Assembly: GCA_041664745.1 (NCBI GenBank)
Contig: JBAYKD010000004.1
Span: forward strand, 1 to 59,506
Reading direction: 5' to 3'
Source of the DNA: Minisyncoccota bacterium
GTDB lineage: Bacteria > Patescibacteriota > Minisyncoccia > Phycocordibacterales > UBA9973
DNA length: 59,506 bases
Shown here: one piece after another, positions 17,567 to 26,497 of the stretch
How the letters are laid out: each line of letters opens with the position of its first letter
Position numbering within the stretch: position 1 is the stretch's first letter
Notes under the pieces: model-generated
What the model saw: the letters and a program-made list of their open reading frames with translations, nothing else
The model's database searches: none
What the model was told of the DNA's origin: nothing
Program-made: the position numbers and the translations under genes

Positions 17567-19093
17567 ATGAGTTTAACAATAATATTGATAGCGGTAGCGG
17601 CCCTAGGAGTAGGAGCCGGTGTTGGGTATTATTTGCGTCTCATTGTCTCACTTGGTCAGAAGGGTTCTATGGAACTTGAGATCAAGAAGATAATGCTCTC
17701 CGCAAAAGAAGATGCCCAGAAAGTAGTAGATGAAGCCAAGAAAAAAGGAGAAGCCCATCTTGCAGAAGTGAATAAAGAGACAAAGGTTAAAGAAGAAGAA
17801 TGGAAACACACAGAAAATCGTCTAATTAAAAAAGACGAACTTCTTGATGCCCGTCAAACAGAAATAGATAAAGAAGTAGAGAAAATAAAATTGAAAGTTG
17901 AAGAAGTGAAGAAGATCAAAGAACGTGTCGACGGAATGCAAGATGAGAAAGAGAAAGAACTTGAAAAAGTTGCTCGTCTATCAACAGACGAAGCGAAAGA
18001 AATTCTTTTCAAAGATATCGAAGAAAAATACGAACAAGACTTCTTAGTAAGAATGCAAAAGATGGAAACATCTAATTCTGAGAAGTTAGATCGTCGTGCG
18101 AAAGATATTCTTTCTGCAAGTATTAATCGTCTCGCCTCTTCTACCGCATCAGAAATGATGACGACTTCAGTAAATATTCCAAATGATGAAATCAAGGGTA
18201 AAATAATTGGTAAAGAAGGAAGAAATATTCGTGCATTTGAAAAGGCATCAGGCGTAGAACTCATAATAGATGAGACTCCAGGTGCGATAGTCATTTCATC
18301 CTTTGATCCAGTTCGCAGACAAGTAGCTCGCCTTGCACTTGAGAACCTTATACTAGATGGCCGAATACAGCCAGCAAAGATTGAAGAGATGGTACTCAAA
18401 GCTCAAGAAGATATAAATAAGATAATTAAAGATAAAGGAGACCAAGCTGTATATGAATGTGGAATATTCAATCTAGATCCACGCATTATAGCTATCGTCG
18501 GACGCTTATACTTCCGTACTTCATACGGGCAAAACGTCCTTCAGCACTCTATAGAGATGGCTCATATATCAGGAATGCTTGCTGAAGAGCTTGGTGCCGA
18601 CGTCCAGATAGCCAAAGCAGGAGCACTCGTCCACGACATAGGTAAAGCTCTCGACCATGAAGTTCAAGGTACACATATAGATATAGGTATCCGAATTCTT
18701 CAGAAGTTCAAGGCAGATCCAAGAATTATAACCGCTATGAAGAGTCACCATGACGATACTCCACACGAATCAATAGAAGGAGTAATAGTCCAGACAGCCG
18801 ATATGATCTCAGGAGGCCGTCCAGGAGCACGTAGAGACAGTGTAGAGAACTATATCAAGCGTTTACAAGAACTAGAAGCCCTTGCTACAAGCTTTGAAGG
18901 AGTAGAAAAGTCTTATGCATTATCAGCTGGACGTGAGATTCGTATATTCGTCACCCCTGAAAAAGTTGGAGACGTTGCCGCTAAAGAAATGGCCCGTGAT
19001 ATAGCTAAAAAGATTGAACAAGAACTCACCTACCCTGGTGAAATAAGGGTCACTCTCATCCGTGAGAATAGAATTATCGAGTACGCAAGATAG
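17567..19093 (+). CDS. rny: ribonuclease Y
   Basis: N-terminal TM helix, coiled coil, KH motif GKIIGKEGRNIRAFE, and an HD domain with HDIGK. Confidence 0.95.
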   Translation: MSLTIILIAVAALGVGAGVGYYLRLIVSLGQKGSMELEIKKIMLSAKEDAQKVVDEAKKKGEAHLAEVNKETKVKEEEWKHTENRLIKKDELLDARQTEIDKEVEKIKLKVEEVKKIKERVDGMQDEKEKELEKVARLSTDEAKEILFKDIEEKYEQDFLVRMQKMETSNSEKLDRRAKDILSASINRLASSTASEMMTTSVNIPNDEIKGKIIGKEGRNIRAFEKASGVELIIDETPGAIVISSFDPVRRQVARLALENLILDGRIQPAKIEEMVLKAQEDINKIIKDKGDQAVYECGIFNLDPRIIAIVGRLYFRTSYGQNVLQHSIEMAHISGMLAEELGADVQIAKAGALVHDIGKALDHEVQGTHIDIGIRILQKFKADPRIITAMKSHHDDTPHESIEGVIVQTADMISGGRPGARRDSVENYIKRLQELEALATSFEGVEKSYALSAGREIRIFVTPEKVGDVAAKEMARDIAKKIEQELTYPGEIRVTLIRENRIIEYAR

Positions 19094-19103
19094 CATTACC
19101 TCA

Positions 19104-19185
19104 CCCTTGCCCCCACACCTACTTTTATATTTGAACATTATGTCATATTTTGTCAAAAACAAAAAAGTAGGTGTGGGGGCTTGTG
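19104..19185. repeat. intergenic repeat family B, copy 1 (GC-rich long hairpin)
   Basis: GCCCCCACACCTACTTTT (19109-19126) pairs perfectly with AAAAGTAGGTGTGGGGGC (19163-19180). It shares CCTTGCCCCCACACCT and GGTGTGGGGGCTTG with 27464-27540. Confidence 0.8.
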
Positions 19186-19299
19186 TTTAAATTAGCTTGG
19201 TATATAATAATATTATACCTATTTATTAGGGATCGTTTGCAAACGGTCGAATATTATTTAGCTAGCATTCTTATTTTTACGAATAAGAAACTAAAATAA

Positions 19300-19572
19300 A
19301 TGAATAAACAAGCTTTAATAGAATTAGTTCACGAAAAATTAGGCGGTACAAAAGTACAAGCTGAAGAAATTGTGAATGCAATGTTTGATGCTATCGTTGC
19401 TACTTTGAAAAAAGGAGGCGAAGTATCAATAGCAGGAATCGGGATCTTTTCAGTAAAGGCTCGCGCAGCTAGAATGGCTCGCAATCCAAAGACTGGAGAG
19501 CAAGTAAAGGTTGGAGCAACAAAAGTTCCAAAGTTTAGAGCAGCAAAAGCTCTTAAAGAAGCTGTAAAGTAA
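19300..19572 (+). CDS. hup: DNA-binding protein HU
   Basis: 90 aa. MNKQALIELV..., and RNPKTGE at the DNA-binding arm. Confidence 0.93.
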   Translation: MNKQALIELVHEKLGGTKVQAEEIVNAMFDAIVATLKKGGEVSIAGIGIFSVKARAARMARNPKTGEQVKVGATKVPKFRAAKALKEAVK

Positions 19573-19608
19573 TATTTAAATTGTTTACACAATTTTTTAA
19601 TATAAAAG

Positions 19609-19645
19609 AAAAACCGCTCTATTCTATCTAGGAGTGGTTTTTCTA
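19609..19645. terminator. bidirectional terminator between hup and the convergent gene
   Basis: AAAAACCGCTC...GAGTGGTTTTT, with a stem containing one G.U pair. Confidence 0.5.
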
Positions 19646-19668
19646 TTTATAATTCGCAATTTAAATTC

Positions 19669-20922
19669 TTAAATAAGCCTTTTATATTCTTTATTCCACT
19701 TATTAATATCTACTCTAATAAATAAATCAATAATTTTATCAGGTGACATTCCACTATCCTGCATTTTTTGAAGAACAAGAAAAGCTTCATTCAATATCTT
19801 TTTATATAAAATAACATCATTATTTGATAGTTTTTCATAAAAAGAAATATAATTATATTCTAAAAAATCTTTTATTTTATCTAATTTCAGACCTTCAATC
19901 AAAAAAGCAAATATTTCAGCCTTCGCACAATCAAGACTATAAGCTATCCCTTCTTTAAAAACACCATAACTATAAGAAAAATAATAATCTTTTAAATGTT
20001 GTTGCTCGTGAACGAATATCCTATCAGATTCTTCCGGAAAATCAATCTTCGCCGAAACAACAGTCACTGGAGTCTCATCTTTAAAACAAGATGCCCCACT
20101 TGACTTTGAATGATCTACATCAAGTGTATCTTTATCTTTCTCTAGAAAAGCTTGAAAGGCGTCGTGGTCATCTAAAATTGTTAAATTTATTGAATAAGGA
20201 GTATAAGTAATTTCAATTTTATCAAGATTAATTTTTTTTATATTATCAGGATTTATTATTAAAGCACTAATCGTATCTATTTTTGAGTTTAGATTTTTAT
20301 ATTTTAATATTTTTTGATAACATTCCCAATATTTATCTACCCTAAATTCTACTTCCCATTTAGATTTTTTATCCAATAGACTGTCATCAAAACTAAGTAT
20401 ATAATTGGTCAAATCTTCTTTATTTAAAGTATTTTCTTCATATTTAAACTCTATATAATCCCAAATAGCAACATAAAATTTCGATAATTCTTGGCTTAAT
20501 TTCTCTTTTCTTTTTTTGTAAAGTTCTATTGCATATGGACGCAATTTTGAATCAATTTTAAGAATATCTGATGGTTTATTAATTAAATCATCAAAATTTA
20601 AAGCGAGTTCATCTTTGGAGTATTTTTTCTTTTTTTTATAAAGCTCTAAAGCATATGAGCGTAAATCTAAATCAATTTTAAGAATATCTGCTTCTTCGTG
20701 AATTAAATCATCAAAACTTAAAATTAGTTCTCTCTTGCGAGATAAGAATGAGTTATAATTTTCTTGAAGTTTTGTTTGGCGATCATCATTTTTCTTTTTT
20801 TCTAAAGATTCAGCTAATTCCATTTTCTCCACTACTTGGGGATTATTTAAATATTCATCAATTCCTTCATTGATAGATTTGTCCTTACCTGTTTTTGAAT
20901 TTATCCAAATTTCTGGCTTCAT
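19669..20922 (-). CDS. hypothetical protein with an HExxH motif and an internal 40-aa tandem repeat
   Basis: FVHEQQHL (codons 19996-20010). The repeat is LILSFDDLIHEEADILKIDLDLRSYALELYKK / LALNFDDLINKPSDILKIDSKLRPYAIELYKK (20488-20727). The gene is very AT-rich. Confidence 0.45.
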   Translation of the reverse strand: MKPEIWINSKTGKDKSINEGIDEYLNNPQVVEKMELAESLEKKKNDDRQTKLQENYNSFLSRKRELILSFDDLIHEEADILKIDLDLRSYALELYKKKKKYSKDELALNFDDLINKPSDILKIDSKLRPYAIELYKKRKEKLSQELSKFYVAIWDYIEFKYEENTLNKEDLTNYILSFDDSLLDKKSKWEVEFRVDKYWECYQKILKYKNLNSKIDTISALIINPDNIKKINLDKIEITYTPYSINLTILDDHDAFQAFLEKDKDTLDVDHSKSSGASCFKDETPVTVVSAKIDFPEESDRIFVHEQQHLKDYYFSYSYGVFKEGIAYSLDCAKAEIFAFLIEGLKLDKIKDFLEYNYISFYEKLSNNDVILYKKILNEAFLVLQKMQDSGMSPDKIIDLFIRVDINKWNKEYKRLI

Positions 20923-20937
20923 ACAGACAATACCACT

Positions 20938-21687
20938 TTATTCTAAAAATAATAACACTAACATTGATAAAACACCCATCATTATAATAGCTATTTGGAT
21001 TATAGAGTGTTTGATATTTTTCGTTTTGTGAAGTTCAGGAATTAAATCAGCAACAGCTATATATATGAAGCCTCCTGCTGCAATAGGTATAAAGTATAAA
21101 GCTGCTCCTTCTACAATATTTCCAAACACAAAGACAATCATAAGCCCTACAACAGATGCGAGGGCAGAAAGGAAGTTGAGCCACAGTGCTCTCCTCTTTG
21201 TATAGCCTGCATGTATGAGAACAGCGAAGTCTCCTATCTCCTGTGGAATTTCGTGCAATATAACAGCAATAGTAGTAGCAATACCGACTGGCACGCTGAC
21301 CAAGAAACTTGCTCCGATAATAACACCATCTATCATATTATGGAAACCATCAGTAAAGAGAACCAGCTTCCCTACTGGATGTATATGCGGCTCTTCTTTG
21401 TCCTCTCCGTGGTGATGCCAGTGAATAAACTTTTCTATTATAAAAAATATTAATAAACCTACAATAATCAAAATTCCGATAGTACTAGAATTAAGTCCAC
21501 TTTTAAATGCCTCAGGGATCATATGAATAAATGCATCTCCCAAAAGTGCACCAATAGCAAGACTAATAAAAAAACCAATATATTTTTTTAACAAATCTTC
21601 CCCGACAGACAAAGAGAAAACACCCACAAAAGAAACTAGGCTCACAACCGCCACACTTAGAAATGCATATATATAGTTCATTGTCAT
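20938..21687 (-). CDS. ZIP family divalent metal transporter
   Basis: Polytopic protein with a His-rich loop (HWHHHGEDKEEPHIHP) and the HEIPQEIGDFA signature helix. Confidence 0.85.
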   Translation of the reverse strand: MTMNYIYAFLSVAVVSLVSFVGVFSLSVGEDLLKKYIGFFISLAIGALLGDAFIHMIPEAFKSGLNSSTIGILIIVGLLIFFIIEKFIHWHHHGEDKEEPHIHPVGKLVLFTDGFHNMIDGVIIGASFLVSVPVGIATTIAVILHEIPQEIGDFAVLIHAGYTKRRALWLNFLSALASVVGLMIVFVFGNIVEGAALYFIPIAAGGFIYIAVADLIPELHKTKNIKHSIIQIAIIMMGVLSMLVLLFLE

Positions 21688-21756
21688 AAGTTTGATTATA
21701 ACAGAAATAAAAAAATTGTAATTATTCTAAAATATGCTAATATGGAAAGATTATAT

Positions 21757-21830
21757 CGGGGTGTAGTATATCGGTAGTATCCGTGTTTTGGGAACACGAG
21801 GGCCGGGTTCGATTCCCGGCACCCCGACCA
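21757..21830 (+). tRNA. tRNA-Pro (anticodon UGG), CCA encoded
   Basis: Acceptor CGGGGTG/CACCCCG, anticodon loop TTTGGGA, T arm CCGGG-TTCGATT-CCCGG, 3' ACCA. Confidence 0.9.
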
Positions 21831-21882
21831 GTATGATGTATCGTTTGAATTTTTGTTTTATTTAAGTTAATATAAGAAAACT

Positions 21883-21953
21883 GCGGTGTTGGTTTAGTGG
21901 TAGAACACGTCCTTGCCAAGGATGAGACAGGAGTTCGATTCTCCTACGCCGCA
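21883..21953 (+). tRNA. tRNA-Gly (anticodon GCC), CCA not encoded
   Basis: Acceptor GCGGTGT/ACGCCGC (one G.U pair), anticodon loop TTGCCAA, T arm AGGAG-TTCGATT-CTCCT. Confidence 0.9.
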
Positions 21954-21956
21954 CAA

Positions 21957-21983
21957 AAGAAAAACAGCGATAAGCTGTTTTTC
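21957..21983 (+). terminator. hairpin terminator after the tRNA pair
   Basis: AAAACAGC-GATAA-GCTGTTTTT. Confidence 0.6.
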
Positions 21984-22092
21984 GCGGCGTAGAAAGCCAA
22001 CTGCTTGGCTCTCGTAGGAGAATCGAAAGGCTTTTCCTTATCGAAGATGGAAAAGCACCTGGCTATGTAATAGCCGATTCTCCCCTATTACC

Positions 22093-22509
22093 CTACAATA
22101 TTATATTCTCCACCACCTTCACCCTGGCTTGCCTTTTCTCTATATCCAAGTACACAACTAACAAATCAAACTGCCATTCCACATATCCAAGTCTCTTACT
22201 TATTAAATACGTCTCCACTACCCTACGCAATCTCCTCATTTTCAAGGGGTGCATATTATCCTCTGGCCTATTAGTCTCATGCCCTAAATCAACCGACTTC
22301 ATAAAGTCCGAATCTAGATTAGAGACACTTTTAGATTTAACTTCTATAAAATACCTCTTGGCGCCCTTTTGAGCTATTATATCTATCTCGCCCCACTTTT
22401 TAGTATAATTCCTTTCTAATATAGAAAAGTCATGTTTCATGAGAAACTCACAAGCTATATCTTCCCCTAATTCACCTATTTTTTGAGAATTTGAAGTAAA
22501 AGTCTTCAT
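22093..22509 (-). CDS. yraN: YraN family (UPF0102) endonuclease-like protein
   Basis: GELGEDIACEFLMKHDFSILERNY..WGEIDIIAQKG...FIEVKSK matches the family signature. Confidence 0.8.
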   Translation of the reverse strand: MKTFTSNSQKIGELGEDIACEFLMKHDFSILERNYTKKWGEIDIIAQKGAKRYFIEVKSKSVSNLDSDFMKSVDLGHETNRPEDNMHPLKMRRLRRVVETYLISKRLGYVEWQFDLLVVYLDIEKRQARVKVVENIIL

Positions 22510-22521
22510 ATAATCACAACA

Positions 22522-22563
22522 GTTACATGTGTAACCTATTAAATCGTTTCATGTGAAACGATT
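22522..22563. promoter_or_regulatory. two adjacent inverted repeats immediately upstream of yraN
   Basis: GTTACATGTGTAAC (22522-22535) and AATCGTTTCA-TG-TGAAACGATT (22542-22563). Both are centred on CATGTG. Confidence 0.35.
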
Positions 22564-22822
22564 AGCTATTTATTAAATATTAAAAGTATTTTATAATGAT
22601 GTCTCTCAAATATATCCTTATAATATAACACTATTAATCTAAAGTGTGAAAGCTAAATTGAAATGTGGCCTTTTAAAATATATGTCTTTTATAAACAATA
22701 CGCACATAGTTATACACATAAATCTTGATTTTTAAGGATTTTTTCTGTGGATAAAAGACGGATAAAGGTCAAACGTTAAGATATTTGTGGTCACAAGTAT
22801 TTTTCTTGGCTGGAATCAATAG

Positions 22823-22894
22823 TGCACCCGCCAGGACTCGAACCTGGAACATCTGCTTCGAAGGCAGGTATGATATCCGTTTCACTACGGGTGC
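22823..22894 (-). tRNA. tRNA-Arg (anticodon UCG), CCA not encoded
   Basis: The reverse complement reads GCACCCG...CTTCGAA loop...CCAGG-TTCGAGT-CCTGG...CGGGTGC-A. Confidence 0.88.
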
Positions 22895-23022
22895 ATATAA
22901 TATAACATTTATATTATACATCATTAAGGATTCTTTACAAAATATCCTTAATTACCAAGCTAAAAAAATAATTGCATTTAATCATTAAAAATATTATAAT
23001 AGCAAGCAGTTATAAGACAATT

Positions 23023-23093
23023 GCGGGGTTAGTTAAATGGTATAACTCTAGTTTTCCAAACTAGTGTCAGGAGTCCGATTCTCCTACCCCGCA
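23023..23093 (+). tRNA. tRNA-Gly (anticodon UCC), CCA not encoded, T-loop reads TCCGATT
   Basis: Acceptor GCGGGGT/ACCCCGC, anticodon loop TTTCCAA, T arm AGGAG-TCCGATT-CTCCT. Confidence 0.85.
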
Positions 23094-23120
23094 CATAGAA
23101 AATTATCCTATAATAATTTT

Positions 23121-24617
23121 ATGGCAATCATGCCTACTATAAACAACTCAAAAATACCTGATTATGTTACACATGTAACAAAAACACTCGAAAAAGCAGA
23201 TTTTGAGGCTTTTCTTGTTGGTGGCTGTGTTCGTGATCTTATTATTGGAAGAGAACCTAAAGACTGGGATATTACAACAAATGCTAATCCTGAAGAAATC
23301 ATTGCTTTGTTTGAAAAGACTATATATGAGAACAAATTTGGAACAGTAGGGGTTTGTGTACCCATAAATGAAGAGAATAACGTTACACATGTAACGAAAT
23401 ATCACATAATTGAGGTTACACCTTATAGAACTGAAGCAAAATATAGTGATTTTCGTCATCCTGACGAGGTGTTATTCAGCAAAAACATAGAAGATGACTT
23501 AAAAAGACGAGACTTTACCATTAATGCCTTGGCGTATAGCCTTGAAAATGGACAAATCATTGACCTTTATAAAGGACAGACTGATATAAAGGACAAAGTT
23601 ATAAGAGCGGTAGGGAAGTCAGATGATAGATTCCAAGAAGATGCACTTCGTATGCTCCGAGCCGTCAGATTCTCGGTTCAGCTAGATTTTGCAGTTTCAT
23701 ATGAAACTATGCAATCTATAGCAGAAAATAAAGACTTAATAAAGAATGTTTCATTTGAAAGAATTAGAGACGAATTTACAAAAATAATAGAAAGTCGCAA
23801 TAGCATGCAAGGGATTGGACTCTTACAAAAGCTTGGACTACTTAAATATATAATTCCAGAGCTGGAAGAGGGAATTGGGTGCCAGCAGGGTGGGGCTCAT
23901 AAATATGACGTATTTGTTCACTTGCTTGAAGCCTTAAACCACGCAAGCGAGAAGGATTGGCCGCTTGAGATAAGATTAGCTGCACTGTTTCATGATATTG
24001 GGAAACCAAAGTCCAGAAGAGCTGGAACCAAGAAGGAATACACTTTCTATGGCCATGAAGTCATAGGAGCAAGACTTGCCAAACAAATAATGGAACGCCT
24101 AAAATATCCAAAGAAGTCGACGGACCTCGTCGTTTCACTTGTCCGCAACCACATGTTCTTCTCTGATACTGAGCAGATATCTCTTTCAGCTGTCCGTCGA
24201 ATAGTTCAAAGGGTTGGAAAGGAACATATCTGGGACCTTATGAACGTACGCGAATGTGACAGGGTAGGGATGAGTAAGTCCGAAGCTCCGTACCGTCTAC
24301 GCAAGTATCACGCAATGATAGAAGAAGTCCTCCGTGATCCTATCTCCGTCGGACAGCTAGCTATAGATGGAAAATATATGATGGAGGTGTTACATATGAA
24401 ACCGGGACCACGAATGGGGTGGATATTAAGTGCGCTTCTCGAAGAAGTTCTAGACGATCCAACAAAAAACACCAAGGAACATCTTGGTGAACTGGTAGAA
24501 TCTTTAGATATGCTTGGTGATGCCGAACTCAAAACACTAGGTGAGAGAGGAAAAGAAACAAAAGAAAAATTGGAGGAAGAAGAAATCGATAAACTTCACA
24601 AAAAACATGGGGTATAA
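23121..24617 (+). CDS. cca: CCA-adding tRNA nucleotidyltransferase with HD domain
   Basis: GGCVRD...DWD nucleotidyltransferase motifs, RRDFTINA, and HDIGK in the HD domain. The ORF-track start 23064 overlaps the tRNA, so ATG 23121 (MAIMPTINN) is preferred. Confidence 0.9.
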   Translation: MAIMPTINNSKIPDYVTHVTKTLEKADFEAFLVGGCVRDLIIGREPKDWDITTNANPEEIIALFEKTIYENKFGTVGVCVPINEENNVTHVTKYHIIEVTPYRTEAKYSDFRHPDEVLFSKNIEDDLKRRDFTINALAYSLENGQIIDLYKGQTDIKDKVIRAVGKSDDRFQEDALRMLRAVRFSVQLDFAVSYETMQSIAENKDLIKNVSFERIRDEFTKIIESRNSMQGIGLLQKLGLLKYIIPELEEGIGCQQGGAHKYDVFVHLLEALNHASEKDWPLEIRLAALFHDIGKPKSRRAGTKKEYTFYGHEVIGARLAKQIMERLKYPKKSTDLVVSLVRNHMFFSDTEQISLSAVRRIVQRVGKEHIWDLMNVRECDRVGMSKSEAPYRLRKYHAMIEEVLRDPISVGQLAIDGKYMMEVLHMKPGPRMGWILSALLEEVLDDPTKNTKEHLGELVESLDMLGDAELKTLGERGKETKEKLEEEEIDKLHKKHGV

Positions 24618-24624
24618 ACGAAAC

Positions 24625-24650
24625 AAAGGGTGTCCAAAATGGGACACCCT
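24625..24650. terminator. bidirectional terminator
   Basis: AAGGGTGTCC-AAAATG-GGACACCCTT. Confidence 0.7.
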
Positions 24651-24685
24651 TCGCTAAAATAAAATCAACTTTTCTGCAATGTAAA

Positions 24686-25183
24686 TCAGATTGTTGCTTG
24701 AACCGGCATATCGATAAGTGTGTTATTTGAAGCAACAATCACTTTAACTTCTGCCCCTCCAACGCTCATAATTGCTACCAGATCTTTGCTTTTTTGATTT
24801 TCGGCATACATTTTTTGTCCTGATAAATTTGTATTAGCAATAACTTCCTCGTTTGATTTTTTGGCAAGTCCATACATCAACAAATCTTTGCTGTTTCCTT
24901 TTGCTTCAGATACTTCGGCTTTAGCGGTTTCGATTGTTGCTATATTTGCCATTTCTCCGTTAACCAGGTCGATCTCTTTTTTGCTTTGCAAACCTTCTGT
25001 ATTGGCAGTCATTGTTTCGTTGTTAGAAGAAACCATCCAGCAATATTCCGCACCCCCATTGCTCGCCTGAATTGATGCTGTCGTCGGATTTTCCTTTGTC
25101 GTGTTTGCCTGAGATGATGTTACTGTTACTACAAGAACCATCATGAATACCGCCATCAAAAATACAAATTTTAGTGTTTTCAT
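24686..25183 (-). CDS. secreted hypothetical protein
   Basis: Signal peptide MKTLKFVFLMAVFMMVLVVTVTSSQA. No recognisable domain. Confidence 0.5.
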   Translation of the reverse strand: MKTLKFVFLMAVFMMVLVVTVTSSQANTTKENPTTASIQASNGGAEYCWMVSSNNETMTANTEGLQSKKEIDLVNGEMANIATIETAKAEVSEAKGNSKDLLMYGLAKKSNEEVIANTNLSGQKMYAENQKSKDLVAIMSVGGAEVKVIVASNNTLIDMPVQATI

Positions 25184-25516
25184 TTTTCAAAAGTATTAAA
25201 AAAAAATTAAAATTTCAAAAAATATTTTTGTCCATTTTCGTGGGACTACCTATTACGTCTGTATTTTCACTAACTATTAGCAAAAACAGAATTTGAGTTG
25301 ATTTTTTATAAAAAATTTAAAGAGCCTTAGTTTAGTTAATAAAAACTGAATTATAAACCATTAATTCTAATATACCAATATAAAAACAATATGACAAGCC
25401 CATATCAAGTACCTGTGGATAAGCTAATTGGGGGGTGATTTTAGAGGGAATGATGTACTTTTTGAGCTCGCATGACTAGGCACTAAGAGTTTGAATAAAA
25501 AAACTAATTACTAAAC

Positions 25517-25561
25517 AAAAGTGCTACATTTTCTGCACCTGCAGAAAATGTAGCACTTTTT
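25517..25561. terminator. long perfect hairpin downstream of xth
   Basis: AAAGTGCTACATTTTCTGCA / TGCAGAAAATGTAGCACTTT with flanking A and T runs. Confidence 0.7.
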
Positions 25562-25580
25562 TAGTTTTTAATATAGAAAA

Positions 25581-26351
25581 TTATTTGATTTCAATTTGGA
25601 TAGGGCAGTGGTCGGAGCCGAAATAGTCGGAAAGGGTTTTGAAGCTTTTTATATTTTTTAAAAAAGATTGATTGGTAAAAAAGTAGTCGATGCGCCAGCC
25701 AACGTTGCGATCGCGAGCGCGAGTCTTCATGTCCCAGTAAGTATAGACATCTTTTTTGTCAGGATAAAAATTTCGAAAAATATCTACAAAGCCATTGTTC
25801 ACGAGCTCATCAATCCATTCACGTTCAACAGGAAGGAAGCCAGTGTTGTCTTCGTTTTCTTTTGGACGAGCAAGGTCTATCTCTGTGTGAGCGGTATTCA
25901 CATCACCACAGAAAATTACATTTTTCTTTTCATTTTTTAATTTATTTATAAATTCTAAAAACGCATCATAAAATTCCAATTTGTATTTCAATCGCTCGGG
26001 GCCACCTCCACCGTTAGGGAAGTAGCAGTTTATTAAAATGAAATCTTTATAGTAGGCGACTAGAGTTCGCCCTTCGTCATCAAATTTTTTAATGCCAAGT
26101 CCGTACTCTACTTTCTCGGGTTTCGTTTTCGAATAAATTCCCACACCACTGTAGCCCTTCCTAAGTTTGGAAAATGAAAAGTATGAGTTGTAACCTTTTA
26201 AATTTCTTGTACTGTCGTCTAGTTGCTCTGGTTCACATTTGGTTTCTTGGAAGCAAACTATATCGGGATTATTAAAAGCAAACAGGGGAGTAAAATACCC
26301 TTGCTTCACCGTCGCTCGTAATCCATTTGTGTTCCATGAAATTATTTTCAT
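25581..26351 (-). CDS. xth: exodeoxyribonuclease III
   Basis: MKIISWNTNGLRA, FQETK, and a C-terminal GSDHCP. Confidence 0.93.
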   Translation of the reverse strand: MKIISWNTNGLRATVKQGYFTPLFAFNNPDIVCFQETKCEPEQLDDSTRNLKGYNSYFSFSKLRKGYSGVGIYSKTKPEKVEYGLGIKKFDDEGRTLVAYYKDFILINCYFPNGGGGPERLKYKLEFYDAFLEFINKLKNEKKNVIFCGDVNTAHTEIDLARPKENEDNTGFLPVEREWIDELVNNGFVDIFRNFYPDKKDVYTYWDMKTRARDRNVGWRIDYFFTNQSFLKNIKSFKTLSDYFGSDHCPIQIEIK

Positions 26352-26377
26352 ATATGCATTTTAACACGAAAAAACAT

Positions 26378-26497
26378 AAACACTCCATAAAAAGTATTCT
26401 CGGACTCACCACACAATAAAATTCTGCTGAATTTTTTGCTCGTACTCGGCCCTAGGGCCTTGTAAGGGTTCGCTCGAGAACACTTTTTATTCCATGT
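26378..26497 (+). repeat. intergenic repeat family A, copy 2
   Basis: Aligns with 41746-41867 and with the reverse complement of 16596-16722. It abuts the Xer recombinase stop codon. Confidence 0.85.

Noticed and set aside
22013-22086. An additional tRNA gene downstream of tRNA-Gly(GCC).
   Set aside because: The fold has a 9-bp closing stem and two hairpins, but it lacks a D arm. Its loops of 11 and 5 nt do not fit anticodon or T loops on either strand. It is kept only as a tRNA-derived or structured region in the findings.
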